This document shows positions 39,816 through 50,076 of a DNA stretch of 64,000 nt, one piece after another. This DNA comes from Rhizobium sp. (GTDB lineage: Bacteria; Pseudomonadota; Alphaproteobacteria; Rhizobiales; Rhizobiaceae), in contig JARXAK010000217.1 in the NCBI GenBank assembly GCA_029865885.1, positions 515 through 64,514 of the forward strand, read 5' to 3'. The notes beneath the pieces are model-generated. The model was not told where the DNA came from. It was given only the letters and a program-made list of their open reading frames with translations, and searched no databases. Both the position numbers and the translations under genes were made by a program. Position 1 is the first letter of the stretch, and every line of letters begins with the position of its first letter.

Positions 39816-40854
39816 GCGGCGTGAACATCGTTCGGTTGCGCTCGTTGTGGCGACACCACTGGTCGCCATTGTTGCGGCGCTGGCGATTGCCGGCATGCTG
39901 ATTGCACTGGCGGGTGCGCCGGTCCTGGAGGCCTATTGGGGCATCGTCAAGGGCGCATTCGGCTCCCGGCTTTCAGCCACCGAGACGCTGACGCGGGCAA
40001 CACCGCTGATTCTGACCGGGCTCGCAGCCGCTGTAGCCTTTCGGGCGCGCCTCTGGAATATCGGCGCTGAGGGGCAACTCTATCTCGGCGCGATCACGGT
40101 CGCTGCGGTCAGCTCGCAACTGATCGGTGACTGGCCGCCAGCCCTGCAGATCCCCGTGCTTCTGATCCTTGGTGCGGTGGCGGGCATGCTGCTCCTTCTC
40201 GCTCCGCTCTGGCTGCGCTTGCGCTTTTCGGTCGACGAGGTGGTCACGACCCTGCTCCTCAATTTCGTCGCCGTGCTTTTCGTCTCCATGCTCATCGACA
40301 CGGTGCTAAAGGATCCCATGGCTTTCGGCTGGCCGCAGTCACAGCCGGTCGCCGAGGCTGGCATGCTGCCCAAGCTGCTGGCCCGCTCGCGGCTCAATCT
40401 CGGTCTCGTCATCGCGCTGGTGCTCGCCGCCATCCTTGCCTTCGTCCAGTCGCGCACCGTCTTTGGCATGCAGTCCCGGGCCGCGGGTCTCAATCCCCAG
40501 GCCGCGATCTTTGCCGGCGTCCCGCTCGGCCGCACCCTCGTTTCCGTCGCCTGCCTCTCCGGCGGACTTGCGGGGCTGGCCGGTGCTGTCGAGGTCATGG
40601 GCGTGACGGGCTATGTCACCACCGATCTGTCGCCAGGTTATGGCTATTCCGGCATCGTGGTCGCCATGCTCGCCAATCTCAGTCCGCTCGGCGTCGTACT
40701 TGCCTCACTCTTCACCGCCACGATGTTCGTTGGCGCCGACGGGATGAGCCGCAGCATGGGCATCCCGAGCTATATCGCCGACGTCATCGTCGCGCTGTCG
40801 CTGCTGACGATGCTGATCGCTGTCTTCTTTACCCAGTACAGGATCCGCCGATGA
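39805..40854 (+). CDS. ABC transporter permease (nucleoside type)
   Basis: WNIGAEGQ, GLAGLAGA, GYGYSGIVVAML. Confidence 0.92.
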   Translation: MRFERREHRSVALVVATPLVAIVAALAIAGMLIALAGAPVLEAYWGIVKGAFGSRLSATETLTRATPLILTGLAAAVAFRARLWNIGAEGQLYLGAITVAAVSSQLIGDWPPALQIPVLLILGAVAGMLLLLAPLWLRLRFSVDEVVTTLLLNFVAVLFVSMLIDTVLKDPMAFGWPQSQPVAEAGMLPKLLARSRLNLGLVIALVLAAILAFVQSRTVFGMQSRAAGLNPQAAIFAGVPLGRTLVSVACLSGGLAGLAGAVEVMGVTGYVTTDLSPGYGYSGIVVAMLANLSPLGVVLASLFTATMFVGADGMSRSMGIPSYIADVIVALSLLTMLIAVFFTQYRIRR

Positions 40855-41795
40855 ACGAGGTCGTCGATATCATCGCCTCTGCCGGTCTCTGGGGCGCGGT
40901 CCTCAGGATCGCAACACCGCTCATTCTCGGTACGCTCGGCGCGCTGCTCTGCGAGCGGGCAGGGGTGCTCAATCTTGGCATCGAGGGCATCATGACCTTC
41001 GGCGCGATGATCGGCTGGCTCGCCGTCTACAACGGCGCGGACCTGTGGACAGGCTTCCTCGTTGCGGCACTGTCCGGGGCCGTGTTCGGGCTCCTCCATT
41101 CGGTGCTGACGGTCACGCTTGGCCTCTCCCAGCATGTTTGCGGCCTCGGGGTCACCCTCTTTGCCTCGAGCTTTGGCTACTATGTCTTCCGTCTGCTGGT
41201 ACCCGTTGCCGGTACACCCCCGACCATCCAGCCCTTCCAGCCGATCTCGATCCCGGGCTTGAGCGACCTGCCTTTCGTCGGTCCCGCCTTCTTCGCCCAG
41301 ACCCCGCCGACCTATCTCGCCATTCTGCTGGCGCTCATTCTTGCCTATATCGTCTTTCGCACACCGCTAGGCCTTGCGATCCGCATGACCGGTGAGAACC
41401 CGCATGCGGCCGAAGCCCAGGGTATCAATCCGATGGTGATCCGCTACGGCGCGGTCATGGTCGGCAGCGCGTTGATGGGTATGGCAGGAGCCTTCCTGAC
41501 GCTCTCGGCCTTCAATAGCTTCTTCCCGACCATGGTGCAGGGCCGAGGCTGGATTTGCATCGCATTGGTGGTTTTCGCCTCGTGGCGGCCGGAGCGCGCC
41601 CTGCTCGGAGCCTTGCTCTTCGCCTTCTTCGACGGCTTTCAGCTGCGCTTGCAGACTTCGCTCGGCGGAACCGTGCCCTACCAACTCTTCCTGATGATCC
41701 CCTATGTCCTGTCGATTGTGGCACTCGCCGTCATGGCGCGGCGCGCCCGCGTTCCCCAGGCCCTGATGCAACCCTACCGGCGCGGCGAGCGCTGA
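40851..41795 (+). CDS. ABC transporter permease (nucleoside type)
   Basis: ERAGVLNLGIEG, GENPHAA, GRGWICIA. Confidence 0.92.
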   Translation: MNEVVDIIASAGLWGAVLRIATPLILGTLGALLCERAGVLNLGIEGIMTFGAMIGWLAVYNGADLWTGFLVAALSGAVFGLLHSVLTVTLGLSQHVCGLGVTLFASSFGYYVFRLLVPVAGTPPTIQPFQPISIPGLSDLPFVGPAFFAQTPPTYLAILLALILAYIVFRTPLGLAIRMTGENPHAAEAQGINPMVIRYGAVMVGSALMGMAGAFLTLSAFNSFFPTMVQGRGWICIALVVFASWRPERALLGALLFAFFDGFQLRLQTSLGGTVPYQLFLMIPYVLSIVALAVMARRARVPQALMQPYRRGER

Positions 41796-41811
41796 AGCCA
41801 AGAGGTCTCCC

Positions 41812-43107
41812 ATGTTCGATCTGATCGTGCGAAACGCCAATCTGCCTGACGGCCGCCAGGGTTTTGACATCGGGCTTGCCGGCGGGCGCATTACCGCTAT
41901 CGAGAAGCGTATCCATGCCGTCGCCGGCGAGGAGATCGACGCGACCGGTCGCCTTGTCAGTCCGCCTTTCTGCGATCCGCATTTCCACATGGATGCGACG
42001 CTGTCGCTCGGTATGCCACGGATGAACATGTCCGGCACCCTGCTCGAAGGCATTGCGCTCTGGGGCGAATTGCGACCACTGCTGACGAAGGAGGCCCTGG
42101 TTGACCGCGCCCTGCGCTACTGTGATCTCGCCGTATCGCAGGGTCTGCTCTTCATCCGCAGCCATGTCGATACCTCTGATCCGCGGCTGGTCACGGCAGA
42201 AGCCCTGATTGAGGTGCGCGAGCGGGTGGCGCCCTATATCACTCTGCAGCTCGTGGCCTTCCCCCAGGATGGCTACTATCGTGCGGCCGAGGGTGCGAAA
42301 TCGCTGGAGCGCGCGCTCGACATGGGGATCGACATTGTTGGCGGCATTCCGCATTTCGAACGCACCATGGATGAGGGACGGCTATCGCTTGAAGCGCTGT
42401 GCCGGATCGCGGCAGAGCGCGGCCTGCCGGTGGACATCCATTGCGACGAGACCGATGACCCGATGTCACGCCACATCGAGACGCTCGCCGCCGAAACCAT
42501 CCGCTACGGTCTGCAGGGCCGGGTCGCTGGCTCGCATCTGACCTCAATGCATTCCATGGACAATTATTATGTCTCCAAGCTCATCCCGCTGATGGCCGAG
42601 GCGCAGATTAACGTCATCCCCAATCCGCTGATCAATATCATGCTGCAGGGCCGGCACGACACCTATCCCAAGCGGCGCGGACTTACCCGCGTGCGTGAAC
42701 TCATGGCGGCCGGGCTCAATGTCTCCTTCGGCCAGGATTGCACCATGGACCCCTGGTATTCGATGGGCTCTGCCGACATGCTCGAAGTCGGCCATATGGC
42801 GATCCATGTGGCGCAGATGAGTGGCATCGAGGACAAGAAGCAGGTCTTCGACGCATTGACCATCAATTCGGCGAAAACCATGGGGCTCGACGGCTATGGC
42901 CTGGAGGTCGGCTGCAAGGCCGACCTGGTGATCCTGCAGGCCGCTGACGTGATCGAGGCGCTCAGGCTGAAGCCGACCCGGCTCTGCGTCGTCAAGGGTG
43001 GCAAGGTGATCTCGCGCAGTGCGCCACGCATCGGCGAACTCTTCCTGGCGGGGCGCCCCAACCGCATCGATTCTGGTCTCGACTATGTGCCGAAAACCTC
43101 ATCTTGA
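41812..43107 (+). CDS. cytosine/creatinine deaminase-like amidohydrolase
   Basis: DPHFHMD, IRSHVD, HCDETDD and GQD metal/catalytic motifs of the CodA family. Confidence 0.88.
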   Translation: MFDLIVRNANLPDGRQGFDIGLAGGRITAIEKRIHAVAGEEIDATGRLVSPPFCDPHFHMDATLSLGMPRMNMSGTLLEGIALWGELRPLLTKEALVDRALRYCDLAVSQGLLFIRSHVDTSDPRLVTAEALIEVRERVAPYITLQLVAFPQDGYYRAAEGAKSLERALDMGIDIVGGIPHFERTMDEGRLSLEALCRIAAERGLPVDIHCDETDDPMSRHIETLAAETIRYGLQGRVAGSHLTSMHSMDNYYVSKLIPLMAEAQINVIPNPLINIMLQGRHDTYPKRRGLTRVRELMAAGLNVSFGQDCTMDPWYSMGSADMLEVGHMAIHVAQMSGIEDKKQVFDALTINSAKTMGLDGYGLEVGCKADLVILQAADVIEALRLKPTRLCVVKGGKVISRSAPRIGELFLAGRPNRIDSGLDYVPKTSS

Positions 43108-43165
43108 TTGGCTGTCGGTTTCCGACCAGAGCTTAACCGGCGCACTGTTTCAGTGAATAGCATTT

Positions 43166-43197
43166 AGACAGATCATGTTTTCGGACATGATCTGTCT
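43166..43197. terminator. 13-bp perfect stem-loop between convergent operons
   Basis: AGACAGATCATGT-TTTCGG-ACATGATCTGTCT. Confidence 0.6.
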
Positions 43198-43437
43198 GCA
43201 CATCTTTTCGGTTGGCCGATCGTGTTGGCGCAGTGTTGGTTCGACTGTCGTTCCCCAGCGAACGGTAGGATCAAGGCCGATAGCCGTGTCGCGCGATGCC
43301 GGTCAATATCGAGCGTGCTCTCGGGCTTGAAGTGATGCACGTGTCAGAGGCGATGGTTTCGGCGGTTCATGCGCTGCGGCGGGCACATGGCGACAAGGAT
43401 CGCAGCGGATCATTTGACCCGCTGCGATCCCCTTTCA

Positions 43438-44943
43438 TCACGCATCCTTGAATACGTCCTCTCGTCCTCGCCGCATCGAGGGCGAGATGGCGACGATGAG
43501 GGCCATCATGCCGACTGCGAGGAGGGTGGCGGAAAGCGGCGACTGGACGAAGGTCAGCGGGTTGCCGTCCGAGATGATCAGCGACTGACGCAGTTTCTCT
43601 TCCAGCAAACGGCCGAGAACGAAGCCGAGGGCGAGGGGGGCGGCTTCGAAGTCCAGCTTGTAAAGCGCATAGCCGACGAAGCCGAAGAAGGCGGCCATTA
43701 TGACCTGGGCGGCATCATTGGCGATCGAATAGAGGCCGATGCAGCAGAAGCAGACGATGGCGGGGAAGAGCAGGCGATAGGGAACGCGCAGCAGCTTCAC
43801 CCAGAGCCCGATCAGCGGCAGGTTGATGATGACCAGCATCAGGTTGCCGATCCACATCGAAGCGACCAGACCCCAGAAGAGTTCCGGATTGCGCTCGATG
43901 ACCTGCGGTCCCGGAACGATACCCTGGATCATCATCGCGCCGACCATCAGGGCCATGACCGCATTTGGCGGCAGGCCGAGAGTGAGGAGCGGGATGAAGG
44001 AGGTCTGCGCACCGGCATTGTTGGCGCTTTCCGGGCCTGCGACTGCTGCCGGGGCCCCATGGCCAAAGTCCTGCGGTCGCTTGGAAAGGCGCTTTTCCAC
44101 CGCATAGCTGGCAAAGGGTCCGAGGATCGCACCGTTACCCGGCAAAACGCCAAGGATCGAGCCGAGGAACGTGCCGCGCAGGATCGGCGCGAGGTTCTCG
44201 CGCAGTTCGCGCAATGTCGGCCAGAGGCGACCGATCTGGTTGCGCACGACATCGCGCGTTTCGGGGTCGGCGAGGTTCTTGAAGATTTCGCCGAAGCCGA
44301 AGATGCCCATGGCCAGCACGACGAACTCGATGCCGTCATGCAGCATTTCGAGATCAAAGGTCATACGCTCACGGCCGGTTTCCATGTCGGCGCCGACGCA
44401 GGACAGAAGAATGCCGACAAGGATCATCGCGATTGCCTTGAGCAGCGAGCCGCGGGCCAGCACAACGGCGAAGACCAGGCCCATGATCATCAGCGAGAAA
44501 TATTCGGCCGGGCCGAAGAGCAGACCCATGCGGGTCATCGGCACGCCCAGCGCTGCAATGACGATGGTGGCGACCGTGCCGGCGATGAACGAGCCGATCG
44601 CGGCAAGACCTAGGGCAAGACCGGCCTGGCCCTTCTGCGCCATCTTGTGGCCGTCGATTGCGGTGACAACGGCTGTTGCCTCGCCGGGAATGTTGACGAG
44701 GATCGCAGTGGTCGATCCGCCATATTGGGCGCCGTAATAGATGCCGGCGAGCATGATCAGCGATCCGGTCGGATCGAGTGACAGCGTCACCGGCAAGAGG
44801 ATCGCGATCGTCGCGACCGGGCCGACCCCGGGCAGAACGCCGACCAGGGTGCCGATCAGGCAACCGATGAAGCAGAGCGCCACATTGTTGAGCGTGAGCG
44901 CCACGGACAGGCCGAGGCCCAGATTGGTGAAGACTTCGAACAT
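43438..44943 (-). CDS. tctA: tripartite tricarboxylate transporter large permease
   Basis: GVLPGVGP, IYYGAQYGGS, PESANNA, LTLGLP. Confidence 0.93.
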   Translation of the reverse strand: MFEVFTNLGLGLSVALTLNNVALCFIGCLIGTLVGVLPGVGPVATIAILLPVTLSLDPTGSLIMLAGIYYGAQYGGSTTAILVNIPGEATAVVTAIDGHKMAQKGQAGLALGLAAIGSFIAGTVATIVIAALGVPMTRMGLLFGPAEYFSLMIMGLVFAVVLARGSLLKAIAMILVGILLSCVGADMETGRERMTFDLEMLHDGIEFVVLAMGIFGFGEIFKNLADPETRDVVRNQIGRLWPTLRELRENLAPILRGTFLGSILGVLPGNGAILGPFASYAVEKRLSKRPQDFGHGAPAAVAGPESANNAGAQTSFIPLLTLGLPPNAVMALMVGAMMIQGIVPGPQVIERNPELFWGLVASMWIGNLMLVIINLPLIGLWVKLLRVPYRLLFPAIVCFCCIGLYSIANDAAQVIMAAFFGFVGYALYKLDFEAAPLALGFVLGRLLEEKLRQSLIISDGNPLTFVQSPLSATLLAVGMMALIVAISPSMRRGREDVFKDA

Positions 44944-44944
44944 C

Positions 44945-45466
44945 TCAGTATCCTAGCAGCCAGGGCGCCACGGGGACCGACAGGCCAAGCGCATAGCGGA
45001 ACAATCCGATGCAGAAGGCGGTCAGCAGAACCGCGAAGACGAGCAGTTCGGGAAGGCGGGAATCACGCGCGGCGAGGCCGGAGGCGATGATGGCCAGCGG
45101 GCAGGCCACCGCCATCCCGAGGCTCGGGATGGCGATCGGCCCCAAGGGGTAACCGCGGATCGTGACGGCGAACAGGATGACACCGAGAACCACCGGGATC
45201 GTCTCGCGGATCGCCCAGTGACCGGTCGAAGGACCTGGATCCTTGAGGCTGAGGACAATCTGGAGAAGACCGAGGCCAAGGATCATGAGGGAGAGGATGC
45301 GAGGCATCAGCCCTGATCCCACGCCGTCGCTCGTCATGAAGGGGAGGTCTGCACCGCCCCAGAGGCCCAGTCCGCCAAGGGCCACCAGGACGAGGCCGGC
45401 AATCCTCTCCCTCCCCTGCCAGCCGTTTGCGGCTGGCGGTTCGTTATTCGTCGTCACGTCCTGCAT
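44945..45466 (-). CDS. tctB: tripartite tricarboxylate transporter small subunit
   Basis: About 4 TM segments, G.G.MP motif, located between tctC and tctA. Confidence 0.85.
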   Translation of the reverse strand: MQDVTTNNEPPAANGWQGRERIAGLVLVALGGLGLWGGADLPFMTSDGVGSGLMPRILSLMILGLGLLQIVLSLKDPGPSTGHWAIRETIPVVLGVILFAVTIRGYPLGPIAIPSLGMAVACPLAIIASGLAARDSRLPELLVFAVLLTAFCIGLFRYALGLSVPVAPWLLGY

Positions 45467-45467
45467 C

Positions 45468-46448
45468 TTATTCGACCTTGATGTCGGCGGCCTTGACCAC
45501 CTCACCCCAACGGGCGCGCTCCTTGGCCATGAAGTCGGCGAAGGCCTGGGCACCCATGCTGGACGCAACCGCGCCATCATTCTTCAGCTTGCCCAGCACC
45601 TCGGCATCGCCCAGCGTCTCGGCGGTTGCCGTTTCGAGCTTCGCCTTGACCTCTGCCGGCATGCCTTTGGGGCCGACGAGACCATACCAGGCGGATGCTG
45701 TGTAGCCGGCCAGACCGGCTTCGATGGCCGTCGGAACATCAGGGAGCGTTTCGAAGCGCTTGTCGCCAGTGACGGCAAGCGCCTTCAGCGTGCCGCTTTC
45801 GATCAGGCCGATGGCGGATGGAATGGTGGTGACCATGAAATCGATATGGCCGCCGACGAGATCGTTCACCGCCGGGCCAGCACCCTTGTAGGGAACATGC
45901 TTGACCTTGATGCCGGCCGTCTGACCGAGAAGCAAGGCGCCGAGATGGCTTGCCGAAGCATTTCCGGCCGAGCCGTAGACGAGTTCCTTGGACTTCGCAG
46001 CCTCGATCAGTTCGCCGAGCGAGTTGACCTGCAGACGCGGTCCAACGACCACGACCAGCGACGCATCAGCGATCATCGCGATCGGGTCGAGCGCTTCAGC
46101 CGGATCGGCCTTGAGCTTGAAGATATGCGGATTGACGACCATCGGACCCTGGTTGCCGATGAGCAACGTGTAGCCATCGGGATCTGCGGAGGCTGCCACC
46201 TCGGTGCCGATATTGGCAGCTGCGCCGGGGCGGTTTTCGACGATCACCCGGCCATCAAGCGCCTTTTCGAGGCGTGCCGCAAAGACACGGGCGATTGCGT
46301 CGGTACCGCCACCGGCGGCGTAGGATACGACCAGTGTGATCGGCTTGGATGGATAGGCGTCCTGGGCAAGGCCGGAGCCTGCGACGGAAAAGGCAAGCGC
46401 CGTGCTGCACAGGGAAAGCACAAGGCGGCGGGTCATTGTCATGGGCAT
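45468..46448 (-). CDS. tctC: TTT substrate-binding protein (Bug/TctC)
   Basis: YPSKPITLVVSYAAGGGTD, ENRPGA, HVPYKG. Confidence 0.92.
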   Translation of the reverse strand: MPMTMTRRLVLSLCSTALAFSVAGSGLAQDAYPSKPITLVVSYAAGGGTDAIARVFAARLEKALDGRVIVENRPGAAANIGTEVAASADPDGYTLLIGNQGPMVVNPHIFKLKADPAEALDPIAMIADASLVVVVGPRLQVNSLGELIEAAKSKELVYGSAGNASASHLGALLLGQTAGIKVKHVPYKGAGPAVNDLVGGHIDFMVTTIPSAIGLIESGTLKALAVTGDKRFETLPDVPTAIEAGLAGYTASAWYGLVGPKGMPAEVKAKLETATAETLGDAEVLGKLKNDGAVASSMGAQAFADFMAKERARWGEVVKAADIKVE

Positions 46449-46479
46449 TTCTGATCTCCTCCCGAGTCAAGTATGGCAT

Positions 46480-47583
46480 TCACTTCGAGGCGACGCGATA
46501 GTCTGCAACCATCGGATCGCGTTTGCGGACGAGTGCCGCGCCTTCAAACAGCCGTCGGGTGGTTCTCATCACCGAAACCGTGGGGCTGTTGTCTCCCTGG
46601 GCCTTCTCGATGCGCACGCGCAGAAGGCCTGTGGGGTGTTCCCAAGCCAGGGACACTGGCAAGGTCATGTTTGGAAAGTGCTCCCCGACCAGGCTTGTCG
46701 GAATGGTGGCGGCAAGCCCGAGGCTGACCGCACCTGTGGTGGCAAGCGCCGTATGGCAGCTCGCAGGCGTGAAGTAACGGACCGCGAGATCGCCGTTACC
46801 CTGCGGTGCGCCGATCAACAGCGGCTTTGGCAGCACGGACTGGCTGACGTCGCCGAGCCCCATCATGCGACCCGCCTCGCGTCTCACGGTTTCGAGCCGT
46901 GTCATGAAAGCGCTGTCGCTATCCAGGGACGCTGCCGGTTCGGACCCGGTGAAGCCGAAATCCGAGGCGCGCAGTACCACCAGCGGCGTTGCACCGTCGA
47001 CCAGGGTCGCATCGACGTCCAGCACGCGGTCGACTGCATTGCCGGTCGGCAGCAGCTTGCCTGTCTTGGCACCGATCGCATTGCGGAAGGCGAGGTAGAC
47101 AGGCGCCGCAGTGCCTGGAACGCCGTCGATCTGCGCTTCGCCCTGATAGACCATCTGGCCCTCCGGGGTGCGCACGCGCGCCTCGATGATCTTGCCGGTA
47201 TTGACGTTGTGGACCCGAATGAGCGTCTCGCCGACTTCAGCCGCAATCAGCCCGGCCTCTATGGCGAAGGGGCCGACAGCCGAAAGCATGTTGCCGCAAT
47301 TGGGGGCCGTATCGACGGACTTCTCCAGAACTTTCACCTGAGCGAAGAGATAATCGACGTCCGCTTCCGGGTGAGACGACGGCCCGACGATTGCCACCTT
47401 GCTGCTCAGCGGATTGCCGCCGCCGATTCCGTCGATCTGCAACGGGTGACCAGAGCCCATGATTTCCAGGAGAAGACGATCACGCTCCACCGGATCCACC
47501 GGAAGGTCGCGGGACAGGAAAAACGGTCCCTTCGACGTTCCGCCGCGCATCATGACGCAGGGTATCCTGATCAGGTCGTCCAT
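46480..47583 (-). CDS. PrpF/FldA-family isomerase (4-oxalomesaconate tautomerase/YbhH-like)
   Basis: MRGGTSKG, QIDGIGGG...SSKVA, NCGNM, HTALATTG, EHPTG, RTTRR. Confidence 0.9.
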   Translation of the reverse strand: MDDLIRIPCVMMRGGTSKGPFFLSRDLPVDPVERDRLLLEIMGSGHPLQIDGIGGGNPLSSKVAIVGPSSHPEADVDYLFAQVKVLEKSVDTAPNCGNMLSAVGPFAIEAGLIAAEVGETLIRVHNVNTGKIIEARVRTPEGQMVYQGEAQIDGVPGTAAPVYLAFRNAIGAKTGKLLPTGNAVDRVLDVDATLVDGATPLVVLRASDFGFTGSEPAASLDSDSAFMTRLETVRREAGRMMGLGDVSQSVLPKPLLIGAPQGNGDLAVRYFTPASCHTALATTGAVSLGLAATIPTSLVGEHFPNMTLPVSLAWEHPTGLLRVRIEKAQGDNSPTVSVMRTTRRLFEGAALVRKRDPMVADYRVASK

Positions 47584-47672
47584 TCGGTATCATCCTCCAG
47601 GCCGGTCTCTGCCGGCTGCGAGGGGAGAGTTCTCACGTCAGAAATCAGTTGTGAAATGCAAAGAATTACGTG

Positions 47673-47695
47673 ATTATTCCGAAATGCGGAATAAT
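47673..47695. promoter_or_regulatory. perfect palindrome ATTATTCCG-AAATG-CGGAATAAT over the LysR start codon
   Basis: 9-5-9 inverted repeat in the divergent prpF/lysR region. Confidence 0.55.
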
Positions 47696-48583
47696 TTCGA
47701 ATTTCTCGACCTGAAGGCGTTTCTCGCTGTCCTCGATCTGGGCTCGTTCAATGAAGCCGCCCGGCAGCTCAATTTATCACAACCTGCGCTTTCAAGGCGC
47801 ATCAAGGGATTGGAAGAGGCCGTCGGCGCGCAGCTCATTGAGAGAACGACGCGACATGTGGCTCCGACCCAGATCGGACGCGAGCTTTTGCCACTCGTTC
47901 GGCGACTTGTAGATGAATTCGAGGATTCTATCCTCTCGATCAGCGATCTCGGTGGCCGACATCGTGCGCAGGTGACGATCGCCTCTGTCCCAACCGCCGC
48001 CTTCTACTTTCTCCCCAGGGTTGTGCAGTCTTTCAACGAAAAATTCCCCGGAATTCGATTTCGGATTCTCGATTTGTCGGCAAACGAGGGTCTCGACGCT
48101 GTCGCGAATGGCGAAGTCGAGTTCGGCATCAACATCACCGGTGCTGCACGCGCCGACCTGAACTTTACCCCCTTGATCGAGGATCCTTTCGTGCTTGCCT
48201 GCCGGCGAGACCATCCGCTCGCCAATGCTAAATCGCTGACCTGGGCGGATCTGGCGGGTCATCCGCTGATCGGCGTCAGTAAGACCAGTGGCAACCGTGC
48301 CGTCCTCGATCGGGCGTTGACGACCGCTCAGGTGCAGCTCAACTGGTTCTATGAGGTCAATCACCTTTCGACCTCTCTCGGTCTGGTTGAGGCGGGTCTT
48401 GGGATCTCCGTGATGCCGAAACTCGCGACGCCACAGCTGGAGCATCCCGTCATTGCCACCGTGCCGCTGACGGGGCCTCCGGTCAGCCGCACGATCGGTC
48501 TTGTTGAGCGCCGCGGCGGTCGCCTCTCGCCGGCAGCAATCCGCTTCCGGGAAATGCTCATCCAGGAATGGACGGATTGCTGA
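47684..48583 (+). CDS. LysR-family regulator (YbhD-like)
   Basis: LKAFLAVLDLGSFNEAARQLNLSQPALSRRIKGLE HTH. Confidence 0.93.
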   Translation: MRNNFEFLDLKAFLAVLDLGSFNEAARQLNLSQPALSRRIKGLEEAVGAQLIERTTRHVAPTQIGRELLPLVRRLVDEFEDSILSISDLGGRHRAQVTIASVPTAAFYFLPRVVQSFNEKFPGIRFRILDLSANEGLDAVANGEVEFGINITGAARADLNFTPLIEDPFVLACRRDHPLANAKSLTWADLAGHPLIGVSKTSGNRAVLDRALTTAQVQLNWFYEVNHLSTSLGLVEAGLGISVMPKLATPQLEHPVIATVPLTGPPVSRTIGLVERRGGRLSPAAIRFREMLIQEWTDC

Positions 48584-48802
48584 TGCGAAGTGAGACGGCA
48601 CATGGTCGCCTGGCTTGCGCGGGAGCCGCACTCTGCATAGGCCGAATCCATGTCGGCCATACCAATCGACGGCAGCATGAAATTGCGCGCAAAGCCCAGT
48701 GCCTCAAACCAGTCGAGTGGTGGTTCTTGGCTTGGAACACGGAGATAAAGGCCGGCCACAAGGGTCCCGTGCCGCCAGAGGGAGCGCGGGAAAATGAGCC
48801 CG

Positions 48803-49192
48803 TCAGATGCCTGCGACGGCGTCTTGCAGCAGGGAGCGTACCTGCCCGGCGACTGTCTTGAGGTGCGGATTGTCGATCGCCTGCATCGAAGCGACGGGGT
48901 CGATGGCGCTGACCATGATGGCCCCACCTTCAAGCGATCGCACGATCACGTTGCAGGGCAGCATGGCGCCGACCCTGGGTTCGATCTTCATGGCTTCAAG
49001 AGCCATCATCGGATTGCAGGCACCAAGAATGAGATAGTCCGCCACATCGATGTCGAGCTTTTTCTTCATCGTCGCTCGCACGTCGATTTCTGTGAGCACA
49101 CCGAACCCCTTCGTCGCGAGAGCCGACTTCGTAGCTGCGACCACCTCGTCGAAAGGCATGCCCTTGATCGTCTTGTCGAGTGTATAGGTCAT
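48803..49192 (-). CDS. DUF302 family protein
   Basis: GFGVLTEID..MKKKL..YLILGACNP..GAMLPCNVIV..AIDP. Confidence 0.88.
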   Translation of the reverse strand: MTYTLDKTIKGMPFDEVVAATKSALATKGFGVLTEIDVRATMKKKLDIDVADYLILGACNPMMALEAMKIEPRVGAMLPCNVIVRSLEGGAIMVSAIDPVASMQAIDNPHLKTVAGQVRSLLQDAVAGI

Positions 49193-49380
49193 AGTTTCAC
49201 TCCAATGCGACCGGCGCGTGCCGATCCTGTTGCCGGTGTGGGACCCACACCGAAGCATATCCTCTGAGCGTCGCGTACTTAGAGCATGTCTGGCGAAAAC
49301 CGGATCGCTGTACTGCTCTATCTCCTTGTTTTCACGCAGTCCGGACGCAAAACCGTTGACGCATTTTTGCTGGACGTGCT

Positions 49381-50076
49381 CTAGACGGCGGTTCCCACCA
49401 GGGCGCCGATGCCGGCCGTCAGCGCCATGGCAAAGGCACCCCAGAAGGTGACCCGGATCGTAGCCTTCAGCATGTTCGCCCCGCCGGCCTTGGCGCCGAT
49501 GGCACCAAGCAGCGCGAGAAACAGCAGTGACGCCGCAGAGACGAACAGCACGAGCTGGTTGACCGGCGCCAGCCACACCATGGCAAGCGGCATCAGGGCA
49601 CCGACGGCAAAGGTTAGCGCCGATGTCAGGGCGGCAACAATCGGTCGCGCGGTGGTGATCTCGGAGATGCCGAGTTCTTCGCGGGCATGCGCCTCAAGCG
49701 GATCCTTCTGCATCAATTGCTCGGCCACGCGCCGGGCCAGCTCGATATCGACGCCGCGCGCGGCGTAAAGCTGCGCCAGTTCTTCGCGCTCCAGATCGGG
49801 CTGGCTCTCGAGTTCAAGCCGTTCGCGGGCGAGATCGGCCTGTTCGGTGTCCGCCTGCGAACTCACGGACACATATTCCCCCGCCGCCATCGACATGGCT
49901 CCGGCCACCAGTCCGGCGATGCCGGCAATCAGGATCTCGGAACTTCCCGCCGCAGAGGCTGCGACGCCGACAATTAGGCTTGCAGTCGACACGATGCCGT
50001 CATTTGCGCCGAGGACGGCGGCACGCAGCCATCCGATGCGGGACACGAGATGCGTTTCGCTGTGAAGGCTCCTCAT
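49381..50076 (-). CDS. VIT1/CCC1 family Fe/Mn transporter
   Basis: WLRAAVLGANDGIVS, AMSMAAGEYVSV, HAREELG. Confidence 0.92.
   Translation of the reverse strand: MRSLHSETHLVSRIGWLRAAVLGANDGIVSTASLIVGVAASAAGSSEILIAGIAGLVAGAMSMAAGEYVSVSSQADTEQADLARERLELESQPDLEREELAQLYAARGVDIELARRVAEQLMQKDPLEAHAREELGISEITTARPIVAALTSALTFAVGALMPLAMVWLAPVNQLVLFVSAASLLFLALLGAIGAKAGGANMLKATIRVTFWGAFAMALTAGIGALVGTAV

Noticed and set aside
48590-48790. Possible gene fragment between lysR and DUF302
   Set aside because: No family motif could be recognised in any frame
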